Positions 14,401 to 26,059 of a stretch of DNA of 64,000 nt are shown piece by piece. This DNA is from Octopus sinensis. Its lineage: Eukaryota. The DNA lies in contig NC_043011.1 in the NCBI RefSeq assembly GCF_006345805.1, positions 16,008,464-16,072,463 on the forward strand, given 5' to 3'. The number at the start of each line of letters is the position of its first letter. The stretch's first letter is position 1. Both the position numbers and the translations under genes were made by a program. The notes under the pieces are model-generated. The model saw only the letters and a program-made list of their open reading frames with translations. It was not told where the DNA came from and did not search any database.

Positions 14401-15470
14401 TAACTTCACATTTATACCACTAAGCTTTGGTGCACTATTTGATATTAGTAAATATCTAAATGACACTCAAGATAAGCTATTATTTCACTTAACTTCCATG
14501 TCTAAAACATTTCCATGATGATATTCAAAACGCCAATAATTAAGTCTTTGAATTTCCCCTACAAACCAGCTCCCGACTTCTTTGTAGTCCTCTAACAAAT
14601 TAATAACAAATAATTGAAGTTACACACACGTACACACGCACACTCATATGTATATACGTATATATGTCTATCTTCTGTATCGGTGAGTGTAGTGTAGCCT
14701 TAGGTAATGGTATTTTAATGAGGCTGTCTTTGCAAAGTGGCTTCAGGTAATGCTATATTTAAATACTGTGCTCAAACCACTTCATGCCTGTCAAAGTCAA
14801 ATAAATTGGGTTGAATAAGAGCATCCACATACATTCATACAATGCGCTAACAACACATTATCTTGTTGAATTTCTTCATTTTTTCGCTGAAATATCTCAC
14901 TGCATATTTGATTAGGATCTATTGTTCATTCGTTGTTGTGTCCTAATTATAAAAATGACAACATAATTCTGATTTCGTGAGAACTTGCTTCACGCAAGAT
15001 TCATATAAGTTTCGACAAAACAATGACATTCATTAACATGACTGACAATGCTTTACTGCTTGGGCTCATAAAATCAGTTACACGTGCGCGCACACGCACA
15101 CATGCACACATATTACATTCATATCTACTGTGTGTTGCTAACTTAGAGCTGTATCTTATTTTATTTTCTCAATTTTCCAGTCGGTTACTCTTTACTGGAC
15201 AGTTCTCACGCATTCAGAAGTTTTAAGCTTTATAACGACCGGCTGTTTAATCCATCTTCCCATTCAACTAGTAATATGAGGATTTCTGATAATAACAGCA
15301 AATGTTCTCACTAGCGAATGAATAACACACTTTAACAGAACTATTATTTGACACTTTGCCATCTATTAAGCAAATGAATTTCGTATGGTTAGCTATGCAT
15401 CAAACCATATCGGACGACCCTCAATTTCTTAGCACTTCATTATATTACCAAGCCGCTCCTATGAAAGCAC

Positions 15471-15535
<65 letters not shown>

Positions 15536-15774
15536 CTTGTTAATTTCCCGATAATACCCGATAATTCTTGTTAAGATCCCTTATTAAGAGATTATCCTTA
15601 ATTGTTAAACTTATTCCGAAATGCTTTTCATTACCCGACATGCAGTTCGTAAAAAGCCCGCCATTTACCGGATATATGATTTATAAACATTCCATGTGCT
15701 TGGCCGGAGTGAGCAGTTGTCTGTTCGTCTTCGCTACGTAAGGTTGGTAGTTTATAAATGATGTGTTCAGAATC

Positions 15775-15832
15775 AGTTCTGCTGATGATCATAAGACGTA
15801 AGTTGAATGTGAAATCACGGTGATACAGAACT
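15775..15832 (+). ncRNA. Type I hammerhead ribozyme, array copy 1
   Basis: AGTTCTG-CTGATGA-TCATAAGACGTAAGTTGAATGT-GAAA-TCACGGTGA-TA-CAGAACT: 7-bp stem I, intact core, stem II with GTAA loop, stem III, AUA cleavage triplet (predicted cut after 15825). Confidence 0.85.
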
Positions 15833-16251
15833 AAATTCATTTTTTAAATGTCTTGCTTTGAAAAACTGCATTTGGGTATGATTAGTATAATTTTGGTAGT
15901 AATGACTTTGTCCCTCTTAGTGTGAGGCATTTATGTGTAATAATGCCCTCTAACAATATAGATATAATTAATTTGTTCAAAAGAAAAAAATTATTTTCGA
16001 ATTCTTTTCTTTTATGAGGTTTTCACGCTAACTACCCGAAAATTTCTTGTTAAGATCCCTTATTAAGAGATTATCCTTAATTGTTAAACTTATCCGAAAT
16101 ACTTTTCTTACCCGACATGCAGTTCGTAAAAAGCCCGCCATTTACCGGATATATGATTTATAAACATTCCATGTGCTTGGCCGGAGTGAGCAGTTGTCTG
16201 TTCGTCTTCGCTACGTAAGGTTGGTAGTTTATTTATGATGTGTTCAGAATC

Positions 16252-16309
16252 AGTTCTGCTGATGATCATAAGACGTAAGTTGAATGTGAAATCACGGTGA
16301 TACAGAACT
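16252..16309 (+). ncRNA. Type I hammerhead ribozyme, array copy 2
   Basis: Identical motif to copy 1. Confidence 0.85.
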
Positions 16310-16730
16310 AAATTCATTTTTTAAATGTCTTGCTTTGAAAAACTGCATTTGGGTATGATTAGTATAATTTTGGTAGTAATGACTTTGTCCCTCTTAGTGT
16401 GAGGCATTTATGTGTAATAATGCCCTCTATACAATATAGATATAATTAATTTGTTCAAAAGAAAAAAAATATTTTCGAATTCTTTTCTTTTATGAGGTTT
16501 TCACGCTAACTACCCGATAATTTCTTGTTAAGATCCCTTATTAAGAGATTATCCTTAATTGTTAAACTTATTCCGAAATACTTTTCATTACCCGACATGC
16601 AGTTCGTAAAAAGCCCGCCATTTACCGGATATATGATTTATAAACATTCCATGTGCTTGGCATAGTGAACAGTTGTCTGTTCGTCTTTGCTACGTAAGGT
16701 TGGTAGTTTATTTATGATGTGTTCAGAATC

Positions 16731-16788
16731 AGTTCTGCTGATGATCATAAGACGTAAGTTGAATGTGAAATCACGGTGATACAGAACT
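16731..16788 (+). ncRNA. Type I hammerhead ribozyme, array copy 3
   Basis: Identical motif to copy 1. Confidence 0.85.
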
Positions 16789-17210
16789 AAATTCATTTTT
16801 TAAATGTCTTGCTTTGAAAAACTGCATTTGGGTATGATTAGTATAATTTTGGTAGTAATGACTTTGTCCCTCTTAGTGTGAGGCATTTATGTGTAATAAT
16901 GCCCTCTATACAATATAGATATAATTAATTTGTTCAAAAGAAAAAAATTATTTTCGAATTCTTTTCTTTTATGAGGTTTTCACGCTAACTACCCGATAAT
17001 TTCTTGTTAAGATCCCTTATTAAGAGATTATCCTTAATTGTTAAACTTATTCCGAAATACTTTTCATTACCCGACATGCAGTTCGTAAAAAGCCCGCCAT
17101 TTACCGGATATATGATTTATAAACATACCATGTGCTTGGCCGGAGTGAGCAGTTGTCTGTTCGTCTTCGCTACGTAAGGTTGGTAGTTTATTTATGATGT
17201 GTTCAGAATC

Positions 17211-17268
17211 AGTTCTGCTGATGATCATAAGACGTAAGTTGAATGTGAAATCACGGTGATACAGAACT
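17211..17268 (+). ncRNA. Type I hammerhead ribozyme, array copy 4
   Basis: Identical motif to copy 1. Confidence 0.85.
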
Positions 17269-17688
17269 AATTCATTTTTTAAATGTCTTGCTTTGAAAAA
17301 CTGCATTTGGGTATGATTAGTATAATTTTGGTAGTAATGACTTTGTCCCTCTTAGTGTGAGGCATTTATGTGTAATAATGCCCTCTATACAATATAGATA
17401 TAATTATTTGTTCAAAAGAAAAAAATTATTTTCGAATTCTTTTCTTTTATGAGGTTTTCACGCTAACTACCCGATAATTTCTTGTTAAGATCCCTTATTA
17501 AGAGATTATCCTTAATTGTTAAACTTAATCCGAAATACTTTTCATTACCCGACATGCAATTCGTAAAAAGCCCGCCATTTACCGGATATATGATTTATAA
17601 ACATTCCATGTGCTTGGCCGGAGTGAGCAGTTGTCTGTTCGTCTTCGCTACGTAAGGTTGGTAGTTTATTTATGATGTGTTCAGAATC

Positions 17689-17746
17689 AGTTCTGCTGAT
17701 GATCATAAGACGTAAGTTGAATGTGAAATCACGGTGATACAGAACT
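17689..17746 (+). ncRNA. Type I hammerhead ribozyme, array copy 5
   Basis: Identical motif to copy 1. Confidence 0.85.
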
Positions 17747-18168
17747 AAATTCATTTTTTAAATGTCTTGCTTTGAAAAACTGCATTTGGGTATGATTAGT
17801 ATAATTTTGGTAGTAATGACTTTGTCCCTCTTAGTGTGAGGCATTTATGTGTAATAATGCCCTCTATACAATATAGATATAATTAATTTGTTCAAAAGAA
17901 AAAAATTATTTTCGAATTCTTTTCTTTTATGAGGTTTTCACGCTAACTACCCGATAATTTCTTGTTAAGATCCCTTATTAAGAGATTATCCTTAATTGTT
18001 AAACTTAATCCGAAATACTTTTCATTACCCGACATGCAGTTCGTAAAAAGCCCGCCATTTACCGGATATATGATTTATAAACATTCCATGTGCTTGGCCG
18101 GAGTGAGCAGTTGTCTGTTCGTCTTCGCTACGTAAGGTTGGTAGTTTATTTATGATGTGTTCAGAATC

Positions 18169-18226
18169 AGTTCTGCTGATGATCATAAGACGTAAGTTGA
18201 ATGTGAAATCACGGTGATACAGAACT
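18169..18226 (+). ncRNA. Type I hammerhead ribozyme, array copy 6
   Basis: Identical motif to copy 1. Confidence 0.85.
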
Positions 18227-18645
18227 AAATTCATTTTTTAAATGTCTTGCTTTGAAAAACTGCATTTGGGTATGATTAGTATAATTTTGGTAGTAATTAC
18301 TTTGTCCCTCTTAGTGTGAGGCATTTATGTGTAATAATGCCCTCTATACAATATAGATATAATTAATTTGTTCAAAAGAAAAAAATTATTTTCGAATTCT
18401 TTTCTTTTATGAGGTTTTCACGCTAACTACCCGATAATTTCTTGTTAAGATCCCTTATTAAGAGATTATCCTTAATTGTTAAACTTAATCCGAATACTTT
18501 TCATTACCCGACATGCAGTTCGTAAAAAGCCCGCCATTTACCGGATATATGATTTATAACATACCATGTGCTTGGCCGAGTGAGCAGTTGTCTGTTCGTC
18601 TTCGCTACGTAAGGTTGGTAGTTTATTTATGATGTGTTCAGAATC

Positions 18646-18703
18646 AGTTCTGCTGATGATCATAAGACGTAAGTTGAATGTGAAATCAGGGTGATACAGA
18701 ACT
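18646..18703 (+). ncRNA. Type I hammerhead ribozyme, array copy 7 (stem III variant TCAGGGTGA)
   Basis: Same motif with C>G in loop III. Confidence 0.8.
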
Positions 18704-19121
18704 AAATTCATTTTTTAAATGTCTTGCTTTGAAAAACTGCATTTGGGTATGATTAGTATAATTTTGGTAGTAATGACTTGTCCCTCTTAGTGTGAGGCAT
18801 TTATGTGTAATAATGCCCTCTATACAATATAGATATAATTAATTTGTTCAAAAGAAAAAAATTATTTTCGAATTCTTTTCTTTTATGAGGTTTTCACGCT
18901 AACTACCCGATAATTTCTTGTTAGATCCCTTATTAAGAGATTATCCTTAATTGTTAAACTTAATCCGAAATACTGTTCATTACCCGACATGCAGTTCGTA
19001 AAAAGCCCGCCATTTACCGGATATATGATTTATAACATTCCATGTGCTTGGCCGAGTGAGCAGTTGTCTGTTCGTCTTCGCTACGTAAGGTTGGTAGTTT
19101 ATTTATGATGTGTTCAGAATC

Positions 19122-19179
19122 AGTTCTGCTGATGATCATAAGACGTAAGTTGAATGTGAAATCACGGTGATACAGAACT
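19122..19179 (+). ncRNA. Type I hammerhead ribozyme, array copy 8
   Basis: Identical motif to copy 1. Confidence 0.85.
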
Positions 19180-19598
19180 AAATTCATTTTTTAATGTCTT
19201 GCTTTGAAAAACTGCATTTGGTATGATTAGTATAATTTTGGTAGTAATGACTTTGTCCCTCTTAGTGTGAGGCATTTATGTGTAATAATGCCCTCTATAC
19301 AATATAGATATAATTAATTTGTTCAAAAGAAAAAAATTATTTTCGAATTCTTTTCTTTTATGAGGTTTTCACGCTAACTACCCGATAATTTCTTGTTAAG
19401 ATCCCTTATTAAGAGATTATCCTTATTGTTAAACTTAATCCGAAATACTTTTCATTACCCGACATGCAGTTCGTAAAAAGCCCGCCATTTACCGGATATA
19501 TGATTTATAAACATACCATGTGCTTGGCCGGAGTGAGCAGTTGTCTGTTCGTCTTCGCTACGTAAGGTTGGTAGTTTATTTATGATGTGTTCAGAATC

Positions 19599-19656
19599 AG
19601 TTCTGCTGATGATCATAAGACGTAAGTTGAATGTGAAATCACGGTGATACAGAACT
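19599..19656 (+). ncRNA. Type I hammerhead ribozyme, array copy 9
   Basis: Identical motif to copy 1. Confidence 0.85.
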
Positions 19657-20072
19657 AAATTCATTTTTTAAATGTCTTGCTTTGAAAAACTGCATTTGGG
19701 TATGATTAGTATAATTTTGGTAGTAATGACTTTGTCCTCTTAGTGTGAGGCATTTATGTGTAATAATGCCCTCTATACAATATAGATATAATTAATTGTT
19801 CAAAAGAAAAAAATATTTTCGAATTCTTTTCTTTTATGAGGTTTTCACGCTAACTACCCGATAATTTCTTGTTAAGATCCCTTATTAAGAGATTATCCTT
19901 AATTGTTAAACTTAATCCGAAATACTGTTCATTACCGACATGCAGTTCGTAAAAAGCCGCCATTACCGGATATATGATTTATAAACATTCCATGTGCTTG
20001 GCCGGAGTGAGCAGTTGTCTGTTCGTCTTCGCTACGTAAGGTTGGTAGTTTATTTATGATGTGTTCAGAATC

Positions 20073-20129
20073 AGTTTGCTGATGATCATAAGACGTAAGT
20101 TGAATGTGAAATCAGGGTGATACAGAACT
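20073..20129 (+). ncRNA. Type I hammerhead ribozyme, array copy 10 (1-nt deletion in stem I, TCAGGGTGA variant)
   Basis: AGTTTG-CTGATGA...GAAA-TCAGGGTGA-TA-CAGAACT. Confidence 0.7.
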
Positions 20130-20395
20130 AAATTCATTTTTTAAATGTCTTGCTTTGAAAAACTGCATTTGGGTATGATTAGTATAATTTTGGTAGTAAT
20201 GACTTTGTCCCTCTTAGTGTGAGGCATTTATGTGTAATAATGCCCTCTATACAATATAGATATAATTAATTTGTTCAAAAGAAAAAAATTATTTTCGAAT
20301 TCTTTTCTTTTATGAGGTTTTCACGCTAACTACCCGATAATTTCTTGTTAAGATCCCTTATTAAGAGATTATCCTTAATTGTTAAACTTATATAT

Positions 20396-20453
<58 letters not shown>

Positions 20454-20522
20454 CATATGCATATAGTTTACTGATTCGTTACAGGTAGGACCAAGAAAAA
20501 TGTATTACATCCAGTGAGAGAA

Positions 20523-20697
20523 ATATCATGTAATGTCCACAATATTGCAATAAGATCCACGGAGGTTTCATACCATGGAGGACATGGTAATTTGGCAGAT
20601 ATATATATAGTGCTTAAAATCTGCGGAATTATTGTGTCTCCATGGTATGAAACAATTAGTAGCTATTATTATAATATTCTGGGACATTAACTGATAT
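20523..20697 (+). repeat. Imperfect inverted repeat (long hairpin) between TA tracts
   Basis: GTTTCATACCATGGAG (20565) / CTCCATGGTATGAAAC (ends 20653) perfect 16 bp, extended on both sides with G-U pairs. Confidence 0.85.
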
Positions 20698-20866
20698 ATA
20701 TATATATAGAGAGAGAGATTAATCGGTCAAGGTTAATCAGCTGAAATTGCGAGGATGATCACGTTCTTGACTGAAGATTAAATGCTTCGAATGACCCGTC
20801 CGTGTTTTTTATATCGTCTATCTCGACGTTTTACGTTCTTGTCACATTTTGTATTTTATATGTATT

Positions 20867-20926
<60 letters not shown>

Positions 20927-20985
20927 TTGTGTGTTTGTATCTATAAACATATATAATGATCGACAGATATCTCTAAATATAAATA

Positions 20986-21288
20986 TCACGTGACCACGTG
21001 ACCGACCAGACCATCAGATGTTCTTACACATCGCTGATCAGAATGCGCTTCGCATTGTTTTAGCCTTCGATAAACGCCACCCCGCAACCTAAGCGAGCAG
21101 GCCAACAGAAGAAAGATTGATAGAAAGTTGTGATGAAAGAGTACAGCAGGGATCACCACCCCCTTCCGGAGCCTCGTGGAGCTTTTAGGTGTTTTCGCTC
21201 AATAAACACTCACAATGCCCGGTCTGGGAATCGAAACCGCGATCCTACGACCGCGAGTCCGCTACTCTAACCACTGGGCCATTGCGCC
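20986..21288 (-). mobile_element. tRNA-derived SINE family D1 (possibly octopus OR-type)
   Basis: Minus strand GGCGCAATGGCCCAGTGGTTAGAGTAGCGGACTCGCGGTCG...GGTTTCGATTCCC with A/B boxes; shares its 5' half with 50894-51191. Confidence 0.8.
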
Positions 21289-21364
21289 TGCAAATAGGCG
21301 AAGTAAATATAAATATATACGCCTATATACATACACACACACACATACATATGTATATATGTAC

Positions 21365-21482
<118 letters not shown>

Positions 21483-22662
21483 TATAAATATGTGTAAGTT
21501 TGTGGAGGGTGTTTGTGTACATATGCCCAAGGGCGTTCAGAGAAGCACTGATTTGTTTTCGTTTTTTTAATGTTCGCTTATAATTTGCTTTAGAAATAAA
21601 TAATAAGGAAGTGTATTAATGTAAAACTTCTTTCAACCACACACCATTATGAGAGGTAAAAACATGTTATCGCTAAAGAAGCGCAAGCTGAAAGAATTTT
21701 TTGCTATATGGTATTGAATGAAATAATTGCTAATATTTTTATGAATGCTTTTTTTTGACGACCCATATTTTTGTATATGTGTTATTTTCAAAACCTTGTA
21801 AGATACTCGCCATAATCGTGAACTCAGCTTTGATATTTTGTACAATAAACAGCATGCAGTCTAATACGGAATCCAGCTGCAACCGACCTTTAGTAGTTGA
21901 TTGTATGATTGATTCAAAATGTCAATTACAGATATGTGTGCTGTGATATATAAATATATTTTCCCTTAAAAGCTGTTTATTCTTTCTTTTTTTTCCAACT
22001 TCAATTCCTACCTTTTTATCGTGCGCCACTTGAGTAGGATCGCTGAAAATATCTCGTTAAGGATAACGTAAAATGGAATGAACGGATCTTCATTCCCCCT
22101 TTCGCTCCATATTGGTTAAGAATTGTTTGAATAACAGAACACAATATATAATACCTAATTCCAATGGGTTAAGAATTGCAGAATGAGATAATTGAACATA
22201 GTATATATCATTCGTGTTCGTTGGAAAGAATTTTCTATCGAAAGAAAAAAGATTTTCTTAATTGATGATGTCACCTCTACACTAAAATGTGATTTATAAC
22301 AATTAATATACTGAGACCTATTTTCCTAATCATAAACGTTTATTTAATGTACTTGGTCTTCTTTTTGAATTTGCCACGACCCAACATATTTTTCAAATCT
22401 GTTGCATGCTCATTATCAGACAACACAGTAATCTCAATGAGATATGGCGATCCATTGTTTTTGTGTTTCCTTAAATGGTTCGAAAATGTGTATATATAAT
22501 TTGTTTAGTTCCTTGAATTCCTGTATGGATACAATAATCCACTGGCAGCATTCAGTATCTCAGACGAAACATCTTATTGATAAATTCCTATCTACTATAA
22601 GAAAAATGTACGGACTAAAACATTTGCACCTTTGAAAAATTCTTTCTAAATCTACATATACC

Positions 22663-22895
22663 TATTTCTTTATTACCTACAAGGGGCTAAACATTGAGGG
22701 GACAAACAAGGACAGACATAGGTATTAAGTCGATTACATTGACCCCAGTGCGGAACTGGTACTTAATTTATCGACCCCGAAAGGATGAAAGGCAAAGTCA
22801 ACCTCGGAGGAATTTGAACTCACAACGTAACGACAGACGAAATACCGCTAAGCATTTCATCCAGCGTGCTAACGTTTCTGCCAGCTCGCCGCCTT
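22663..22895 (-). mobile_element. SINE family B, full length
   Basis: Matches 14170-14400 along its length. Confidence 0.9.
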
Positions 22896-23569
22896 ATATA
22901 TATACCACGGGGACAACAGCTGGTAAGAGTAAAATGATAACAATTCCTAGAGAATAACACTCTTATGACGAATAACAAACTAATAAAAATGCATTCGAAC
23001 TAGTCTCTCACTAAAATGGAGTTTCTCCCTAGCTACACTTAACCTGCGCAAATCCTGTCTAGACAGCATTCGCTAAATCGGAGTATATTTCATGTTCAGT
23101 GTAACACAGTGATCAAATCTAAAATAGTGTATGGTCATTCAGTGTGAAATAAGGTGTTACAAGAATAAGTAGTTCTGTTTCATTCTTCGTATGATGAAAT
23201 GTATGCATGTATATAAATTAATGCTTATGTGCATGCACAGTAATGTAAGTGTATACATTGAATTACATCTACCTGTATACTTGCACACACGGATAGATAC
23301 ATATATATACATTGAAAATATGCTTCTTCACATACAAAAGCGGACACACGCGCGCGCGCGCACGAACACAATATATACATACGTGCGTGTACGTATGTGT
23401 GTTTACATGTGTGCGTATGGCTATGTATGTGTATCTTTGTTTGGCGATGGATTCAATAAATGCGTTAATGAACGTATATTAAGCTATGAGAGTAAAGGGC
23501 TATACACCATGAATAAACTTACGCTAATTGGATGTCTGAAGTTATTTAGTAGTCGGTCTGCGAATATAT

Positions 23570-23782
23570 TGATTTCAAATTTTGGCACAAGACCAGTAAT
23601 TTCATGGGAGATAGCAGCTCGATTACATGACCTCCGTACTCACCAGCTTCTTATTTTATCGACCCGGATAGATCGATGGCAAACTCGACCTCGGCCGAAT
23701 TTGTACTCAGAATGTGACGGCGGACGAGATGCCGCTAAGCATTAAGCCCGCCGTGCTAACTATTCAGCAACCTCACCGCTTT
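23570..23782 (-). mobile_element. SINE family B, diverged copy with alternative tail
   Basis: TTTTATCGACCCGGA...CGACCTCGGCCGAATTTGTACTCAGAA...GCCGCTAAGCATT. Confidence 0.7.
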
Positions 23783-24830
23783 AAGTCCGCGAAAATCTCT
23801 ATATATATAAAACTGAGAATGTGTGTCTGTCTGTGTGTTTCCCTAAAATTTGAGAACTACACAACCAATTTCATTCAAATTTTACACATGCCTTATTTAA
23901 GGTCCAGGGAATGTCATCGGCAAACAAATTTTAACTTTTTCACTAAGGCGACCCCACAGCAATATCATATCTTCTCCACTATTTCAGTATTACGTGTTAA
24001 AAGTGAAACAAAAACATCTCATGTAATGCAGACACTTTCACTTTAATACTGAAACTATTAAAGTGAAAGTATTATATAACAGGGATGAACCATTAACGGT
24101 GGTCATCCATTTTGTTAGAAGATGCGCTATAGTCTTTTATGCTACATCACTGGTTTTCAATTCATATTAATCAAATTAATATTCAATTTTTCACCCTTAT
24201 TATGTGTGTGTGTGTGTATTAGCAATTCGTATAAAATTGCATCAATGACTTGGACTTGAATAAGTGGTTTCACATAAATGGGGATAAATTAAAAAGGTTT
24301 GTTATTATTATTATTACTGTTTGGCTATTGTAATCATGTTTGTTGGTTCCTCGTCAGGGAAAAGTTGTTGTGTTGTATTTGTTAAATAATTGTAAACCGT
24401 AACCCTCCTCCTTTCGGAGAAGGGGCTTTGGTTATTGTTTAAAAATTGAATTGTGTTCCTGTTTGGGGAAATTGACAATATTTTCACCGTCTTTACGGAG
24501 GCATTTTTGTTAAAATGCTTTCGATAGAAGAAAGTTCAAAAATGAATTTCGCTGCAACCGTACACTTCTATACAAGAGGGAGGACAAGATCCAATTGATC
24601 GAAATTGCAGGAGACGGGCCTACAATTTAAGTCTGTTATATATTCTGAGTATTGTTATCACTAGCGATATCAAGATATAACTTTGTATTTTGTATTTTAT
24701 GTATAGATGTATATATATAGATGTACATGTAATATATATATACACATATATATACACATATATATACACATATATACATGCATAATATATTTACCCATAC
24801 ACACATACGCACACACACACACGTACATAA

Positions 24831-24962
24831 GGGCAGGTGTGTCTCTGTGGTAACAAACTACGTTCCAAACACATGATCCTGGGTTCAGTCCCACTGTGTG
24901 GTGACTTGGCATGTGTCTTCTGCTGTAGTCTCAGACCAACAAAAGCCTTCTCAGTGGATTTT
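24831..24962 (+). mobile_element. SINE family A, 5' part
   Basis: GGGCAGGTGTGTCTCTGTGGTAAC...GGGTTCAGTCCCACTG. Confidence 0.75.
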
Positions 24963-25329
24963 GTACATATATACAGACATACATACATATATATATATAC
25001 ATGCATACGTACATATTCGGCATAAACACTCTACCACTACAACTAATAACTGCTGGGAACGCTTTCAAACCTGCCTTACATTCGAACCGGAATCTCAAAA
25101 ACATTGTCTCCTTACATCTCATTCTCATTTAATTCCCAACACAGAGAAATAAAACTTCTTCTCACTACTGGACAATGGATGATGGTAACAGATATTTACC
25201 ACGTGCTACCTTATCAAGTGAAGTATATTGTCATCCACTTCACCTCTAAACTCCATAGCGTACGGACAATTCGAACGACCCCACAGCACTATACCACCAC
25301 TGATACTTTAATACTTCTAGCTGTCTACT

Positions 25330-25740
25330 TTCTTATAAATACGACAGAATTCATTTCCAGCCAAAAGGTCTTTCCTAACTTCACACAAAACTACCAAAAT
25401 CACAATTGGCTGTGTGAAAGAGTAATATTAGCTCCAAAAAACGTCGCTGTTAACAAAATTAATCAACAGCTAATGCATTCTCTTCCCGGCACTATACACA
25501 CTTACAAGTTTGTTGATACAATTCCAGATATAAATGAAGATGTGAACTATCCTCCTGAATTTCTCAATTCACTGGAGCCTCCTGGACTACCTCCACAAAT
25601 ATTAGCATTTAAAGTTGGAACTCCTGTAATGCTACTCCGCAGTCTGGAACCACCAAGACTTTGCAATGGAACACGACTGGCTATCAAGAAAATGATGTCA
25701 CACGTTATGGAGGCGATAATTTTTTCTGGATGTGGAAAAT
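25330..25740 (+). pseudogene. Helitron RepHel Pif1-family helicase fragment
   Basis: WLCERVILAPKNVAVNKIN...YPPEFLNSLEPPGLPP...KVGTPVMLLRSLEPPRLCNGTRL: Helitron/Pif1 helicase motifs; truncated by (TA)n. Confidence 0.92.
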
Positions 25741-25800
25741 ATATATCTATTTATAGATATATATATACATATATATATATATTTATAGATATATATATAT

Positions 25801-25831
<31 letters not shown>

Positions 25832-26059
25832 GATGTACTGGAAGTTAAACACACAGACACACACACAGACACACACACAGATACACACACAGACACATAA
25901 GTTGAGTTTTATAAATATAGATATTTCCACTGACATTGGTTTCGTTTTGCAAATAAACTAAGACAGAAAAAATTCGGACAGTTACGTTGTTCTGTAGCAT
26001 TCAAGGGAATTACCACATCATAAGATCCCCTAATGCAATGTTGTCTAAACCTATGTATA

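Larger units (their letters stand above)
15531..20389 (+). mobile_element. Tandem array of ~480-bp units (~10.1 copies), each with a hammerhead ribozyme; retrozyme-like
   Basis: TTACCCGACATGCA recurs at about 15631, 16108, 16588, 17067, 17545, 18025, 18504, 18980, 19455 and 19932; (TA)n on both sides; one hammerhead per unit. Confidence 0.9.
23796..25740 (+). mobile_element. Helitron relic (5' end plus Pif1 helicase fragment), interrupted by other repeats
   Basis: Starts TCTCTATATATATAAAA...TGTGTCTGTCTGTG (Helitron-like 5' end); helicase fragment downstream. That both parts belong to one element is an inference. Confidence 0.6.

Noticed and set aside
15631-19664. Repeated 69-aa minus-strand ORF (MNLVLYHRDF...) in the array
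   Set aside because: Antisense to the hammerhead, no recognisable domain, broken in several units; its recurrence merely reflects the repeat
15531-20389. Array as CRISPR, rDNA/5S, snRNA cluster or mitochondrial insertion
   Set aside because: No unique spacers and no recognisable rRNA/snRNA/tRNA or mitochondrial gene motifs
20717-20860. CTGAAGA...CGAAT motif in a TA-flanked repeat
   Set aside because: No stem II or stem I pairing consistent with a hammerhead
24260-24365. Minus-strand CTGACGA with distant GAAA
   Set aside because: Flanking stems do not pair
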